From an uncultured Chromatiaceae bacterium (GTDB lineage: Bacteria; Pseudomonadota; Gammaproteobacteria; Steroidobacterales; GCA-2729495): a stretch of DNA of 45,905 bases. The notes below the pieces were generated by a model. The model saw nothing but the letters and a program-made list of their open reading frames with translations. It had not been told where the DNA came from and searched no databases. The translations under genes and the position numbers were made by a program. The DNA lies in assembly GCA_964384295.1 (NCBI GenBank), contig CAYLLI010000001.1, forward strand, positions 1-45,905, written 5' to 3'. The number at the start of each line of letters is the position of its first letter. Positions within the stretch are counted from its first letter, which is position 1. Below, in pieces: positions 36,675-45,905 of this stretch.

Positions 36675-37730
36675 TCAGCCAAAGTTGATCGAGGCTTCCA
36701 GGTTCGTGCGCGAGTCTGCGTTGGCCAGCGCTTCTTCCATGCTGATCCGACCGCTTTTGTACAATGCAAGCAAGGCCTGATCAAAGGTTTGCATGCCCTG
36801 TTCAGAACTGGAGGTAAAGGCCTCTTTCACCTCGGGAACCTCGCCGCGATTAATCAGTTCGGCGATGTGTGAGGTATTAATCATCACTTCCACGGCGGCT
36901 ACCCGCTTACCGTCGACCCCGGACACCAGCCGCTGCGACACGATCGCCCGCAGATAGTGGGACAAATCCATGTAGATCTGCCGGTGCTGGTCCTGCGGAA
37001 ACATATTAATGATGCGGTCGAGGGTTTCCGGCGCATTATTCGAGTGCAGCGTGGCGACAACAAGATGGCCGGTACCCGCCAGATTGATCGCAGCCTGCAT
37101 CGATTCACGATCACGAACCTCACCAATCATGATGACATCAGGCGCTTCACGCATCGCACTTTTCAGCGCGCGCGAATATGACTTCGTATCAACGCCAACT
37201 TCACGTTGGTTCACGATCGAACGCTTGTTCGGGTGCAAAAACTCAATCGGGTCTTCAATCGTAATGATGTGCGAAGAGGTTCGGTCATTGCGGTAGTTCA
37301 GCATGCCGGCCAGCGTCGTCGATTTACCGTTACCAGCCGAGCCGACCATCAGCACCAGGCCTCTGCGAAACATGATCAGCTCTTTAAGGACCTGCGGAAC
37401 GCCAAGATCATCAAGGGTCGGCAGGTCTGTCGTAATGTGTCGCAGCACCATGGCGATGTTGCCGCGCTGCATGAATACGTTGACGCGAAAGCGGCCAAGA
37501 CCGGGCTTTGAAATTGCGAAATCGATCTCCAGCTCTTTAGCAAACTGATCCAGCTGACTCTCGTCCATGAGTTCAATTGCCGCCTGCTTCACCATCTTTG
37601 GCGTCAGCTCGAGCTGGTTGACGGGCATGATTTTGCCGTCGATTTTAATTTTTACGGGCGCATGCGAGGTGAAAAACAAGTCGGAGGCATGCTTCTCAAC
37701 CATCAGCTTAAACAGCGGCGCTACATTCAT
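36675..37730 (-). CDS. PilT/PilU-family type IV pilus retraction ATPase, additional paralogue
   Basis: 351-aa ORF. The N-terminus is PilU-like (LFKLMVEKHASDLFFTS). Motifs are Walker A GSAGNGKST, Asp box ITIEDPIEF, Walker B DVIMIGEVRD and an intact His box GHLVVATLHSNN. Confidence 0.85.
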   Translation of the reverse strand: MNVAPLFKLMVEKHASDLFFTSHAPVKIKIDGKIMPVNQLELTPKMVKQAAIELMDESQLDQFAKELEIDFAISKPGLGRFRVNVFMQRGNIAMVLRHITTDLPTLDDLGVPQVLKELIMFRRGLVLMVGSAGNGKSTTLAGMLNYRNDRTSSHIITIEDPIEFLHPNKRSIVNQREVGVDTKSYSRALKSAMREAPDVIMIGEVRDRESMQAAINLAGTGHLVVATLHSNNAPETLDRIINMFPQDQHRQIYMDLSHYLRAIVSQRLVSGVDGKRVAAVEVMINTSHIAELINRGEVPEVKEAFTSSSEQGMQTFDQALLALYKSGRISMEEALANADSRTNLEASINFG

Positions 37731-37780
37731 TATTTACTCGCAAACAGTTAGTTTCAGAGGCACGGATTAACCGCCGCGGT

Positions 37781-38944
37781 TTACGTAAGCACCGTCTGCT
37801 GGTGGCCTTCATCCAGCAAAGACAAGCTTTTATCGAATTCAGCATCGGTGTTTCTTTCGCGCTTACTCTCAAGTTTGATCCGCAGGCGCAGTTCATTCTT
37901 CGAGTCAGCATTGCGCATCGCCTCTTCGTAGGAGATCAACTCCTGCTCGTAGAGCACAAACAACGCCTGGTCAAAGGTCTGCATGCCGAGTCGGGTCGAC
38001 TTCGCCATGATCTCTTTAATTGCAGCAACTTCACCTTTAAAGATCAGGTCAGCGATCAGCGGCGAGTGCAGCATGATTTCCATGGCAGCCACACGTCCGT
38101 CGCCGTTCTCCTTCGGAATCAGGCGCTGCGAGATCAGTGCCCGGACGTTAAGCGACAGGTCCATAAGAAGCTGCGAACGCTTCTCTTCCGGGAAGAAGTT
38201 AATAATCCGGTCCAGCGCCTGGTTGGCGCTGTTGGCTTGCAACGTAGCGAGGCAAAGATGCCCGGTTTCAGCAAACTGCACGGCATACTCCATCGTCTCG
38301 CGATCGCGGATCTCGCCGATCATGATGACATCGGGAGCCTGTCGCAGCGTGTTTTTTAGCGCTGCGTGCCATGAATCGGTATCAACACCCACCTCGCGCT
38401 GCGTAATGACACAACGACCGTGGGGATGCACGTACTCCACCGGATCTTCAATTGTCACGATGTGGCCGCGCGAGCTTTCGTTCCTGTGCCCGACCAAAGA
38501 CGCCAGCGTAGTCGACTTACCTGAGCCCGTTGCACCCACGACGATAACGAGGCCACGTGAGATCATGGCAACGTCCTGCAGCACCGGTGGCAGCATCAGC
38601 TCCTCAACCGTCGGAATACGCGTAATAATCCGGCGCAGTACCGCGCCTACATGGCCCTGCTGAATAAATGCACTGACACGAAAGCGACCGATGTTCGCGG
38701 GGTTAATCGCAAAGTTGCACTCTTTGGTCGCGTCAAATTCCTTGGCCTGCTTGTCGTTCATGATGGAGCGGACCATCATCGCGCTGTTATCCGGTGTCAG
38801 CGGCGATTCAGCGGCGCGATGCAGATCTCCGTCGATTTTGATCGCCGGAGGAAAATCGGCGGTGATGAACAAGTCGGAACCGCCCTTTTCAACCAGCTTC
38901 TTCAACAGCTGCTGCATCAGTTTTGTCGCTTGATCTCTTTCCAT
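37781..38944 (-). CDS. pilU: type IV pilus ATPase PilU
   Basis: 387-aa ORF collinear with P. aeruginosa PilU (LVEKGGSDLFIT, Walker A GATGSGKST, TIEDPVEY, DVIMIGEIRD, long C-terminal tail). The His box reads GHLCLATLQANSANQ, so the second histidine is Gln. Confidence 0.88.
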   Translation of the reverse strand: MERDQATKLMQQLLKKLVEKGGSDLFITADFPPAIKIDGDLHRAAESPLTPDNSAMMVRSIMNDKQAKEFDATKECNFAINPANIGRFRVSAFIQQGHVGAVLRRIITRIPTVEELMLPPVLQDVAMISRGLVIVVGATGSGKSTTLASLVGHRNESSRGHIVTIEDPVEYVHPHGRCVITQREVGVDTDSWHAALKNTLRQAPDVIMIGEIRDRETMEYAVQFAETGHLCLATLQANSANQALDRIINFFPEEKRSQLLMDLSLNVRALISQRLIPKENGDGRVAAMEIMLHSPLIADLIFKGEVAAIKEIMAKSTRLGMQTFDQALFVLYEQELISYEEAMRNADSKNELRLRIKLESKRERNTDAEFDKSLSLLDEGHQQTVLT

Positions 38945-38980
38945 TCCCTTGCTCCGTAGGCCGCCTCAATGCAGTACCAA

Positions 38981-40021
38981 TCAGAAGTTTTCTTTGTTGA
39001 CCGCTTTGAAACGGGCCTCTTCCTTGCTGATCACACCTGACTCCAGCAGGTTCTGCAGATTCTGATCGAGGGTTTGCATACCCTGGGCCTGGCCCGTTTG
39101 AATAGCTGAATACATTTGCGCAATCTTGCCTTCGCGAATCAGATTCCGGATCGCGGGCGAGCCCATCATAATTTCGTGTGCGGCAACACGACCGCCGCCA
39201 ATGCGCTTCAATAACGTTTGTGAAATCACCGCCCGCAGCGATTCGGACAACATGGAGCGGACCATCTCTTTCTCTGCAGAGGGGAACACATCGACAATAC
39301 GGTCGATGGTCTTCGCCGCAGAGCTCGTATGAAGCGTTCCAAAAACAAGATGGCCTGTTTCCGCTGCCGTCAATGCAAGACGAATCGTTTCAAGGTCTCG
39401 CAGCTCACCCACCAGAATAACGTCCGGGTCCTCACGCAGCGCTGAACGCAGCGCCTCTGTAAAACCATGCGTGTCACGATGCACCTCGCGCTGGTTCACC
39501 AGCGACATATGGCATTCATGCACAAACTCGATGGGGTCTTCGATCGTCAGAATGTGATCCGGACGGTTCTTGTTGATGTAATCGACCATCGCAGCGAGTG
39601 TCGTGGACTTACCCGAACCGGTAGGCCCGGTAACCAGCACAATGCCGCGCGGGGCCATAGAAACATCTTTAAAGATCGCCGGAGCCATGAGGTCATCCAG
39701 CGATAGAATGGTAGAAGGAATGGTACGGAACACAGCACCGGCACCACGGGCGTGGTTAAACGCGTTCACCCTGAAGCGGGCCAGCTTCGGTATCTCAAAC
39801 GAGAAGTCGGTTTCCAGAAACTCTTCGAAATCCTTACGCTGCTTGTCGTTCATGATGTCGTACACCATGCTGTGTACGTCTTTATGGCTCAGCGAAGGCA
39901 TGTTGACCCGTTTAACATCACCATCCACCCGAATCATCGGCGGCACGCCCGCTGACAGATGCAAATCTGACGCGTTATTCTTCACCGAAAAGGCGAGTAA
40001 TTGAGCAATATCTACGGCCAT
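38981..40021 (-). CDS. pilT: type IV pilus twitching motility ATPase PilT
   Basis: 346-aa ORF, very close to P. aeruginosa PilT over its whole length (LLAFSVKNNASDLHLSAGVPPMIRVDGDV, GPTGSGKST, TIEDPIEF, DVILVGELRD, GHLVFGTLHTSSAAKT, AIRNLIREGK). Confidence 0.95.
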   Translation of the reverse strand: MAVDIAQLLAFSVKNNASDLHLSAGVPPMIRVDGDVKRVNMPSLSHKDVHSMVYDIMNDKQRKDFEEFLETDFSFEIPKLARFRVNAFNHARGAGAVFRTIPSTILSLDDLMAPAIFKDVSMAPRGIVLVTGPTGSGKSTTLAAMVDYINKNRPDHILTIEDPIEFVHECHMSLVNQREVHRDTHGFTEALRSALREDPDVILVGELRDLETIRLALTAAETGHLVFGTLHTSSAAKTIDRIVDVFPSAEKEMVRSMLSESLRAVISQTLLKRIGGGRVAAHEIMMGSPAIRNLIREGKIAQMYSAIQTGQAQGMQTLDQNLQNLLESGVISKEEARFKAVNKENF

Positions 40022-40119
40022 GTCAGCCCCTTAATTTTCTCCGGATGAATCGATGCGCTTCATTTACCATAAGCACTACTTATGCAACTGATTGTAAAAC
40101 CATTGCCGAGAGCGGCGTT

Positions 40120-40800
40120 GTGACCGGTATCACGAAAAACCTAAACACTTTGAACCAGCGTATTTCGCAGGCACTTACCGCAAACGGCCGGAAGGAAGGC
40201 ACTGTTTTCCTGCTAGCCGTCAGCAAAAAACATGATATTGAACGGGTGCGCGAAGCTGCTGTGGCAGGGCTCACAGATTTCGGTGAGAACTATGTGACGG
40301 AGGCCGTAGAAAAGATAAAAAGTGCCGATTTTGCGGCTCGCTGGCACTATATCGGCCGAATCCAAAGCAACAAGACCAAAGCCATTGCAGAGCACTTTGA
40401 CTGGGTGCAAACCGTCGACAGGGAAAAAATTGCGCGGCGCCTGAATGAACAGCGCCCGGCTGAACGGAAGCCTCTGCAGGTGCTGATTCAGGTGCAGACC
40501 GACCCTGACGATACCCATGGTGGCATCGAACCGGACAAGGTCACAGAGCTGGCGACACTGGTTGATTCATTGCCTCAGCTTACGCTGAGAGGTTTGATGT
40601 GTATTCCGGCAGCGGCCAGCGATGAAGCCGCACAACGTGCTCCATTCAAGCTCATGCACAGCTTATTCTCCGACTTACAGCAGTCGTTTAATACTATCGA
40701 CACTCTCTCGATGGGCATGTCGGGTGACCTTGAGACCGCTATTGAAGAAGGCAGTACAATGGTCAGAATCGGAACCGCACTGTTCGGTTCGCGCGACTGA
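40120..40800 (+). CDS. yggS: YggS-family pyridoxal phosphate homeostasis protein
   Basis: YggS/PROSC motifs LLAVSKKH (PLP lysine), WHYIGRIQSNK and LSMGMSGD. GTG at 40120 gives a family-typical 226 aa. The longest ORF starts at 40045. It is divergent from pilT, as in Pseudomonas. Confidence 0.85.
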   Translation: MTGITKNLNTLNQRISQALTANGRKEGTVFLLAVSKKHDIERVREAAVAGLTDFGENYVTEAVEKIKSADFAARWHYIGRIQSNKTKAIAEHFDWVQTVDREKIARRLNEQRPAERKPLQVLIQVQTDPDDTHGGIEPDKVTELATLVDSLPQLTLRGLMCIPAAASDEAAQRAPFKLMHSLFSDLQQSFNTIDTLSMGMSGDLETAIEEGSTMVRIGTALFGSRD

Positions 40801-40841
40801 ATAAGCTCTGCTGTCGCTAAGCGTAAGAAAGAAGGATCACC

Positions 40842-41657
40842 GTGAGTCACACAGAACAAACAATCGGGTTTATCGGCGCCGGCAACATGAGTCTGGCGAT
40901 CATTCGGGGATTATTGGATGCCGGTCATTCACCTTCCCGGATCGCGGCTGCCGACCCCAGCGAGCATCAACTGCAGACGCTGCTGGATCTATCGACAGAC
41001 ATCTTCACGTCGACAGACAACGTCGCCGTGGCCGGGCGGTCGGATGCGGTCGTTCTGGCAACGAAACCTCAGCACATCGTGCCGGTTGCCGGCGAAATAG
41101 CCGGAAAGAGTATTCCACTGATTGTCTCCATTGCTGCCGGCGTAAAACTGTCAGCGATTGCTGAGGCTTTTCAGGAGCCTCAGGCTGTTGTCCGGATCAT
41201 GCCGAACCAACCGGCGCTATTAGGGCTGGGCATGGCCGGATTGGTTGCCAATGCAGCGGTCGATGAACCCGGTCGCAATCTTGCGAACTACATTGCAGAG
41301 GCAACCGGCGAGGCTGTCTGGCTGGACGATGAGTCACTCATGGACGGCATCACAGCCATTTCCGGCAGCGGACCTGCCTACTTTTATCTGCTGCTGGAGA
41401 TGCTTGAAGCCGGCGCCCGCGAGTTCGGCTTCAGCGATCAGGTCGCACGCAAGCTTGCAGTGCAAACGGGCATCGGGGCGACCCAGCTCGCTGCTGCGGA
41501 CGCAGCTTCTCTCGCGGAGCTGAGGCGGAGGGTAACCTCACCGGGCGGCACTACAGAAGCCGCGATTAATTCTCTGGAAGACGGCGGCATTCGCGCGGCA
41601 TTCAAGCAGGCCCTGGAAGCCGCCAGAGATAAATCAATAGAGCTTGGCAACAAGTAG
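40842..41657 (+). CDS. proC: pyrroline-5-carboxylate reductase
   Basis: 271-aa ORF with the Rossmann motif IGFIGAGNMS and the P5CR C-terminal motif VTSPGGTTEAAI. GTG start. Confidence 0.9.
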   Translation: MSHTEQTIGFIGAGNMSLAIIRGLLDAGHSPSRIAAADPSEHQLQTLLDLSTDIFTSTDNVAVAGRSDAVVLATKPQHIVPVAGEIAGKSIPLIVSIAAGVKLSAIAEAFQEPQAVVRIMPNQPALLGLGMAGLVANAAVDEPGRNLANYIAEATGEAVWLDDESLMDGITAISGSGPAYFYLLLEMLEAGAREFGFSDQVARKLAVQTGIGATQLAAADAASLAELRRRVTSPGGTTEAAINSLEDGGIRAAFKQALEAARDKSIELGNK

Positions 41658-41681
41658 CCACATCTATGCAAGACGCACACC

Positions 41682-42263
41682 ATGAATAACGCGCTCGTAT
41701 TTATCGTCACCACGCTGGCGAACCTTTACATCATCACGTTTATTTTGCGGATTCTCCTGCAGTGGCAACGCGCCGACTTCAGAAATCCGCTGGTGCAGTT
41801 CATATTGACGGTAACGAATCCGCTGGTCCTGCCGCTGCGGCGTTACGTGCCACCGATATACGGTCTGGATACCAGCAGCTTGCTGGTAGCGGTGCTGCTT
41901 AAAGCACTGGAGTTCGCTGGTTTGCTGACACTGCTGTGTGTAACAGCACCCGGCCTAGTAGCGGTCGCAAGCTTAACCGTACTGAGTCTGATCAGAACCG
42001 TGCTGAACCTTTACTTCTTCCTGATTCTGATTTCGGTCATTCTCAGCTGGGTGAATACCGGCGGCTACAATCCGATGGCAGCGTTGGTCAGCCGTTTGGC
42101 GGAGCCGGTGCTTGCCCCGTTCAGACGGGTAATTCCGCCCATCGGTGGTCTCGATATCTCGCCAATATTCGCCATTATCGCGATTCAGGCACTAACGATG
42201 CTGGTGCCATACGGGCCGTTTTTCGGCGGGCTGCAGTGCTCATCCTCCGTCGGAATGATCTAG
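41682..42263 (+). CDS. yggT: YggT family membrane protein
   Basis: 193-aa protein with two YGGT repeats (PLRRYVPPIYGLDTS and PFRRVIPPIGGLDISP). It follows yggS-proC in conserved order. Confidence 0.85.
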   Translation: MNNALVFIVTTLANLYIITFILRILLQWQRADFRNPLVQFILTVTNPLVLPLRRYVPPIYGLDTSSLLVAVLLKALEFAGLLTLLCVTAPGLVAVASLTVLSLIRTVLNLYFFLILISVILSWVNTGGYNPMAALVSRLAEPVLAPFRRVIPPIGGLDISPIFAIIAIQALTMLVPYGPFFGGLQCSSSVGMI

Positions 42264-42274
42264 TCAGCAAACAA

Positions 42275-42718
42275 TCAGTCGCCCATTACGCGGTGCTTGG
42301 TTCGCAGAACGTCGCTCGCGGGCACGTACATCAGATCAGCCACTTTCTTCACCAGATAGTCTTCGTACTTATCGAGGGTGTTGTCGCTTAAAGCCACCTG
42401 CCAGAGCAGCTCAATCACCCGGATTCGTTCCTCGGCAGACAATGAACTGTGCAGCGTTCGAATAAAGTCATGTAATGACACCGCATCATCGGTGGCTATC
42501 TGCGCCTCGTTAAGCAGTTCCAGCGACTCGCTCTCAGATAAAGCGAAATGATCGGCCAGCAACCTGGCAATAGCGTCGTTCTCGGTGTCAGTCTGATCAA
42601 AATCAGCGCGCGCCATCTCGACCAGCAGTGCAGCGAGCGATAAACGTAGCTTCTTATCCGGATCTTCCTCAACAACATTATTTGCGGCGAAGATCTCTTT
42701 CAGTTTCTTAAGCATCAT
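42275..42718 (-). CDS. TerB-family (tellurite-resistance-like) protein
   Basis: 147-aa all-helical ORF with two acidic TerB-like repeats (EMARADFDQTDTENDAIARLL and LWQVALSDNTLDKYEDYLVKKVADLM). Confidence 0.6.
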   Translation of the reverse strand: MMLKKLKEIFAANNVVEEDPDKKLRLSLAALLVEMARADFDQTDTENDAIARLLADHFALSESESLELLNEAQIATDDAVSLHDFIRTLHSSLSAEERIRVIELLWQVALSDNTLDKYEDYLVKKVADLMYVPASDVLRTKHRVMGD

Positions 42719-42735
42719 GAATCCCTTAAACGGCC

Positions 42736-43380
42736 TCAGCCAACGCTGGCGGCGAGACGTTCAACCAGCAGTTTACGCAGCACAACCAGCTGACCGTGAA
42801 AGAAATGAGTAGCCTCGGGCATTATCACTACCTCAGGCGGGGGCGACAGCTTTGCTGCCCAATCAACCACTTCCTGCACATCCAGCAGTTCGTCTTGCTG
42901 TCCCTGAATCAGCAACCATGCGGCTTCGGGCATGCTGGCAAGATTGCTATCGATCATGCCCACGGCAGGTGCAACCGTAACTAACTGCTTAGCGTCAGTC
43001 TGTGCAGCGGCCAGAGCCGCCACCATACCGCCGAATGAAAAACCTGCCAGCCAGAGGTCTGCGCCGGCAAACTCTTGCTGCAGCCAGGCAGCCAGAGCAA
43101 CGGTGTCATCGGTCTCGCCAATGCCGTCGGCGTAACTGCCCTCGCTGTCGCCGACACCGCGAAAGTTAAATCGCAGTGTCGGCACTCCAAGCTCATGCAT
43201 TGCGCGTGCGAGTGTATGCACCACCTTGTTATGCATGGTGCCCTCATACAACGGATGCGGATGGCACAGCAGCGCCACCTGACCCTGCGAATGGTTCGCA
43301 GGAACCTCGAGCAGGCACTCCAGATTACCGGCAGTGCCGGGGAGCATCAGTGAGTCTTTTTGCAACAGAGCTTTTGCCAT
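42736..43380 (-). CDS. alpha/beta hydrolase
   Basis: 214-aa ORF with the nucleophile elbow GFSFGG and a C-terminal His-containing motif (EATHFFHG). The substrate is unknown. Confidence 0.7.
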   Translation of the reverse strand: MAKALLQKDSLMLPGTAGNLECLLEVPANHSQGQVALLCHPHPLYEGTMHNKVVHTLARAMHELGVPTLRFNFRGVGDSEGSYADGIGETDDTVALAAWLQQEFAGADLWLAGFSFGGMVAALAAAQTDAKQLVTVAPAVGMIDSNLASMPEAAWLLIQGQQDELLDVQEVVDWAAKLSPPPEVVIMPEATHFFHGQLVVLRKLLVERLAASVG

Positions 43381-43455
43381 CGAAGGACATTCAATTTAAA
43401 TAATTCCTGTGGCAGGATACAGACGTCGTCCGTGAATACAAAGTTGAGAGTCTTT

Positions 43456-44082
43456 ATGAAGCTGCACTCCGATACGTTTGCCGATAATTCACCTATGCCC
43501 GACCGCACCGGGTTTGGCATTCCCGATGCAGAAAACCACATGAAGCTCGGCGAGAACCTGAACCCGCATCTGCAGTGGAGCGATGTCCCCGCTGATGCCA
43601 AATCACTGGTTCTGCTGTGCAACGATCCCGATGTTCCAACCATCAAAGACGACATTAATCAGGAAGGCAAAAGCCTCGCGGCAGATATGCCCCGCACCAA
43701 TCTGTGCCACTGGATCATGGTCGACATTCCGGCAACGGCAGGAGAAATTAAAGAAGGTGAATGCTCACAAGAGGTCACGCCGGGTGGTAAGCAGAACCCG
43801 CCGGGACCGGCCGGTTCCAGGCAGGGTATCAACGGCTACACCCAGTTTATGGCGGGCAATCCCGACATGGCAGGAGACTACTACGGTTGGGACGGCGCAT
43901 GCCCGCCCTGGAACGACGAGCGGGTGCACAAATACGATTTTATTCTGTATGCAACCGACCTGGAATCATGCCCCGTCGACGGCGCATTTACAGCGGCCGA
44001 CGTTGCGGCCGCAATCAGCGGCCATGTCTTGGCAGAGGCCAGGATTAGCGGAACCTACACGCTGAATCCGAAGCTGCGCTAA
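43456..44082 (+). CDS. YbhB/YbcL-family PEBP (Raf kinase inhibitor-like) protein
   Basis: The PEBP core is LVLLCNDPDVP...CHWIMVDIPA...YDFILYATD. The start is taken at ATG 43456, which is preceded by GAGAG. The longest ORF starts at 43360 and overlaps the hydrolase gene. Confidence 0.8.
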   Translation: MKLHSDTFADNSPMPDRTGFGIPDAENHMKLGENLNPHLQWSDVPADAKSLVLLCNDPDVPTIKDDINQEGKSLAADMPRTNLCHWIMVDIPATAGEIKEGECSQEVTPGGKQNPPGPAGSRQGINGYTQFMAGNPDMAGDYYGWDGACPPWNDERVHKYDFILYATDLESCPVDGAFTAADVAAAISGHVLAEARISGTYTLNPKLR

Positions 44083-44086
44083 CGGC

Positions 44087-44554
44087 TTATTGCAGCGCCA
44101 GCAACTCGACGTCAAACACCAGCGTTGCGTCCGGCGGAATGACGCCGCCCGCACCGCGACTGCCGTACGCCAGATCGGGCGGAATAATCAGCTGGCGTTT
44201 ACCGCCGACCCGCATGCCGACAATACCCTGATCCCAGCCGCGGATGACGCGACCGCCACCCAACGGAAAAGGAAACGGCTCGTTGCGGTCGAGTGAACTG
44301 TCAAACTTTCTGCCGCGCAGATCGGGGGCGGTGGGTTCGTACAACCATCCGGTGTAGTGCATGACGGCAGTCTGGCCGTTCTCGGCCTCTGCACCGTCGC
44401 CAACCAGCGTGTCTTTGATAATCAGTTCGGTCACAGGACCATTGGCATTCGACATTGCAGATTCTCCTTGCTGCTCAGTACCGCTCTGCCCGCAACCAAC
44501 CAAGCCAACCGCGGTCAGCAGCGCAAAGCACATATTTCTTAAACCGGTGTTCAT
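44087..44554 (-). CDS. FKBP-type peptidyl-prolyl cis-trans isomerase, lipoprotein
   Basis: The FKBP domain is HYTGWL...KFDSS.DR..PF.F.LG.G.VI.GWD.G..GM..GGKR.L.IP..LAYG...VIPP.A.L.FDVELL. The start at ATG 44554 gives a signal peptide with a lipobox ([10 protein letters not shown]). Confidence 0.88.
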   Translation of the reverse strand: MNTGLRNMCFALLTAVGLVGCGQSGTEQQGESAMSNANGPVTELIIKDTLVGDGAEAENGQTAVMHYTGWLYEPTAPDLRGRKFDSSLDRNEPFPFPLGGGRVIRGWDQGIVGMRVGGKRQLIIPPDLAYGSRGAGGVIPPDATLVFDVELLALQ

Positions 44555-44558
44555 CGCA

Positions 44559-44957
44559 CTACCCCTCATCAGCGCCCGCAAAATCAAGCGACGCAGAATT
44601 AATACAGTAGCGCTTTCCTGTCGGTGCAGGCCCGTCATTGAATACATGACCCAAATGAGCACCGCAGTTAGCGCAAACGACTTCTTCGCGCACCATACCG
44701 TGACTGCGGTCAACATTCACACCCACTTGTTCATCAGACACCGGCTGGTAGTAGCTGGGCCAGCCGGTTCCCGAATCAAACTTGGTTTTGGAATCGAACA
44801 GATCAGCACTGCAAACAATGCAGCGATACATGCCGTCACGCTTATTGTCGACGTACTTCCCGGTAAACGGTCGCTCGGTGCCCTGCTGCTGAGTCACATA
44901 GTACTGCTCGTCAGTGAGCCGCGCGCGAAGCTCTTCCTCAGTTGGTTTCGTGCTCAT
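44559..44957 (-). CDS. msrB: peptide-methionine (R)-S-oxide reductase
   Basis: 132-aa ORF with two zinc CxxC pairs ([21 protein letters not shown]) and the catalytic RYCINS motif. Confidence 0.93.
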   Translation of the reverse strand: MSTKPTEEELRARLTDEQYYVTQQQGTERPFTGKYVDNKRDGMYRCIVCSADLFDSKTKFDSGTGWPSYYQPVSDEQVGVNVDRSHGMVREEVVCANCGAHLGHVFNDGPAPTGKRYCINSASLDFAGADEG

Positions 44958-45034
44958 CCGTTTCTCCTGCTACAACTTTCAACTATACGGGCAGACTACC
45001 CCCTGCCCGCAGAGTTCAAAAGTACATCGCAGGG

Positions 45035-45905
45035 TCAGGCGCTCAATTCAACCAACAAGCGGTTCATGCGCTGCACAAAGGCACCGGGATCTGATAACTG
45101 CCGTCCCTCTGCCAAAGCAGCCTGATCAAACAACAAGTGACCTAACTCGGCAAACCGCTCGTCCTCCGACTCATCAGAAAGACGCGCAATCAGCGGGTGA
45201 TCCGGGTTGATCTCAAGTATTGGCTTGCTCTCCGGCACTGTCTGACCGCTGGCTGCCATGATCTTGCGCATTTGCTCACCAATGTCGTATTCGCCCAGCA
45301 CCAGACAGGCCGGCGATTCAGTCAGTCGCCGGGTCGGCCGGACTTCACTGACATCGCTTTCCAGGATTCCCGACAGCCGTTCGACGAGTTCTTTGTGCTC
45401 TTCCTGCAGCTCTTCTGCAGACTCAGCCTCTTCTTCGCCAAGCTCGGCAAGATCAAGATTGCCGCGCGTCACATCGACGAGCGCATGTTCCTGATACTCG
45501 CGCAGCTGGCCCATCAGCCATTCGTCAATAGGCTCTGCAAGGAGCAGCACTTCAACACCCTGCTTGCGGAAGATCTCCAGATGCGGGCTCGACTTTGCAG
45601 CGGCAAAGTTTTCACCAACAACGTAGTAGATTTTCTTCTGCTCACCTTTGATGCGGCCGATGTAATCAGCCAATGACTGGTCCTGCTTTTCAGAATCAGT
45701 ATGGGTCGTACTAAAGCGCAACAACCCGGCGATGGCATCGCGATTCGAAAAGTCTTCGGCAGGCCCCTCTTTCAGCACCCGGCCAAACTCATCCCAGAAG
45801 CTCTGATACTTTTCCGGATCATCCTTGGCCAGCTTGCCAATCATATCGAGCACGCGCTTCGTCAAAGCACCACGAATTGCCGTGACATTGTCGTCTTCCT
45901 GCAAC
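45035..45905 (-). CDS. htpG: molecular chaperone HtpG (Hsp90), C-terminal part only
   Basis: The ORF is open at the right window edge. The 289 aa match the HtpG middle and C-terminal domains (YYVVGENFAAAKSSPHLEIFRKQGVEVLLL, PILEINPDHPLI, ending LLVELSA). Confidence 0.9.
   Translation of the reverse strand, partial: LQEDDNVTAIRGALTKRVLDMIGKLAKDDPEKYQSFWDEFGRVLKEGPAEDFSNRDAIAGLLRFSTTHTDSEKQDQSLADYIGRIKGEQKKIYYVVGENFAAAKSSPHLEIFRKQGVEVLLLAEPIDEWLMGQLREYQEHALVDVTRGNLDLAELGEEEAESAEELQEEHKELVERLSGILESDVSEVRPTRRLTESPACLVLGEYDIGEQMRKIMAASGQTVPESKPILEINPDHPLIARLSDESEDERFAELGHLLFDQAALAEGRQLSDPGAFVQRMNRLLVELSA

Noticed and set aside
44958-45034. Hairpin CGGGCAG-N8-CTGCCCG between htpG and msrB as an htpG terminator
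   Set aside because: The stem is short and is not followed by a T-run on the minus strand. There is insufficient evidence to call a terminator.

Overview
Chromosomal, mostly housekeeping segment of a gammaproteobacterium. The gene order closely follows three Pseudomonas aeruginosa neighbourhoods: tyrZ-rrn, pilGHIJ-chpA/gshB/tonB3/algH/yqgF/pyrB, and pilTU/yggS-proC-yggT (inference from synteny and protein motifs). I call about 43 protein genes. They include tyrS, an M23 peptidase, anmK, ppk/ppx, erpA, a bactofilin module, rppH, tyrA, adhC and pdxH. They also include a scattered BtuC/D/F-type B12 importer with a PduO-type adenosyltransferase, ampDE, rsmE, a Pil-Chp chemosensory cluster, gshB, tonB, pyrB, three tandem PilT-family ATPases, yggS-proC-yggT, msrB and a partial htpG. 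The left edge holds the promoter and boxA leader of an rRNA operon that runs out of the window. I found no transposase, integrase, tRNA, CRISPR array or recognisable defence system, so this is not an obvious accessory island. The most interesting signal is in the 512-bp pdxH/ABC-ATPase spacer. It has a perfect sigma54 promoter, upstream dyad symmetries, a ~225-nt transcript built largely of (AAN)n tracts, and a strong intrinsic terminator. I read this as a candidate CrcZ-like Hfq/Crc-titrating sRNA at a locus not adjacent to cbrAB. Other points worth a second look: pilG carries an in-frame amber codon and a damaged acidic pocket. The divergent neighbour gshB has lost its conserved N-terminal ~18 codons through a frameshifting gap. 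A PyrK-like flavoprotein follows pyrB where Pseudomonas has pyrC'. The canonical pilU has a His-box H->Q change next to an extra, intact PilU paralogue. The Chp cluster lacks CheR/CheB genes. All functional calls rest on motif and family recognition by eye; no database search was run.
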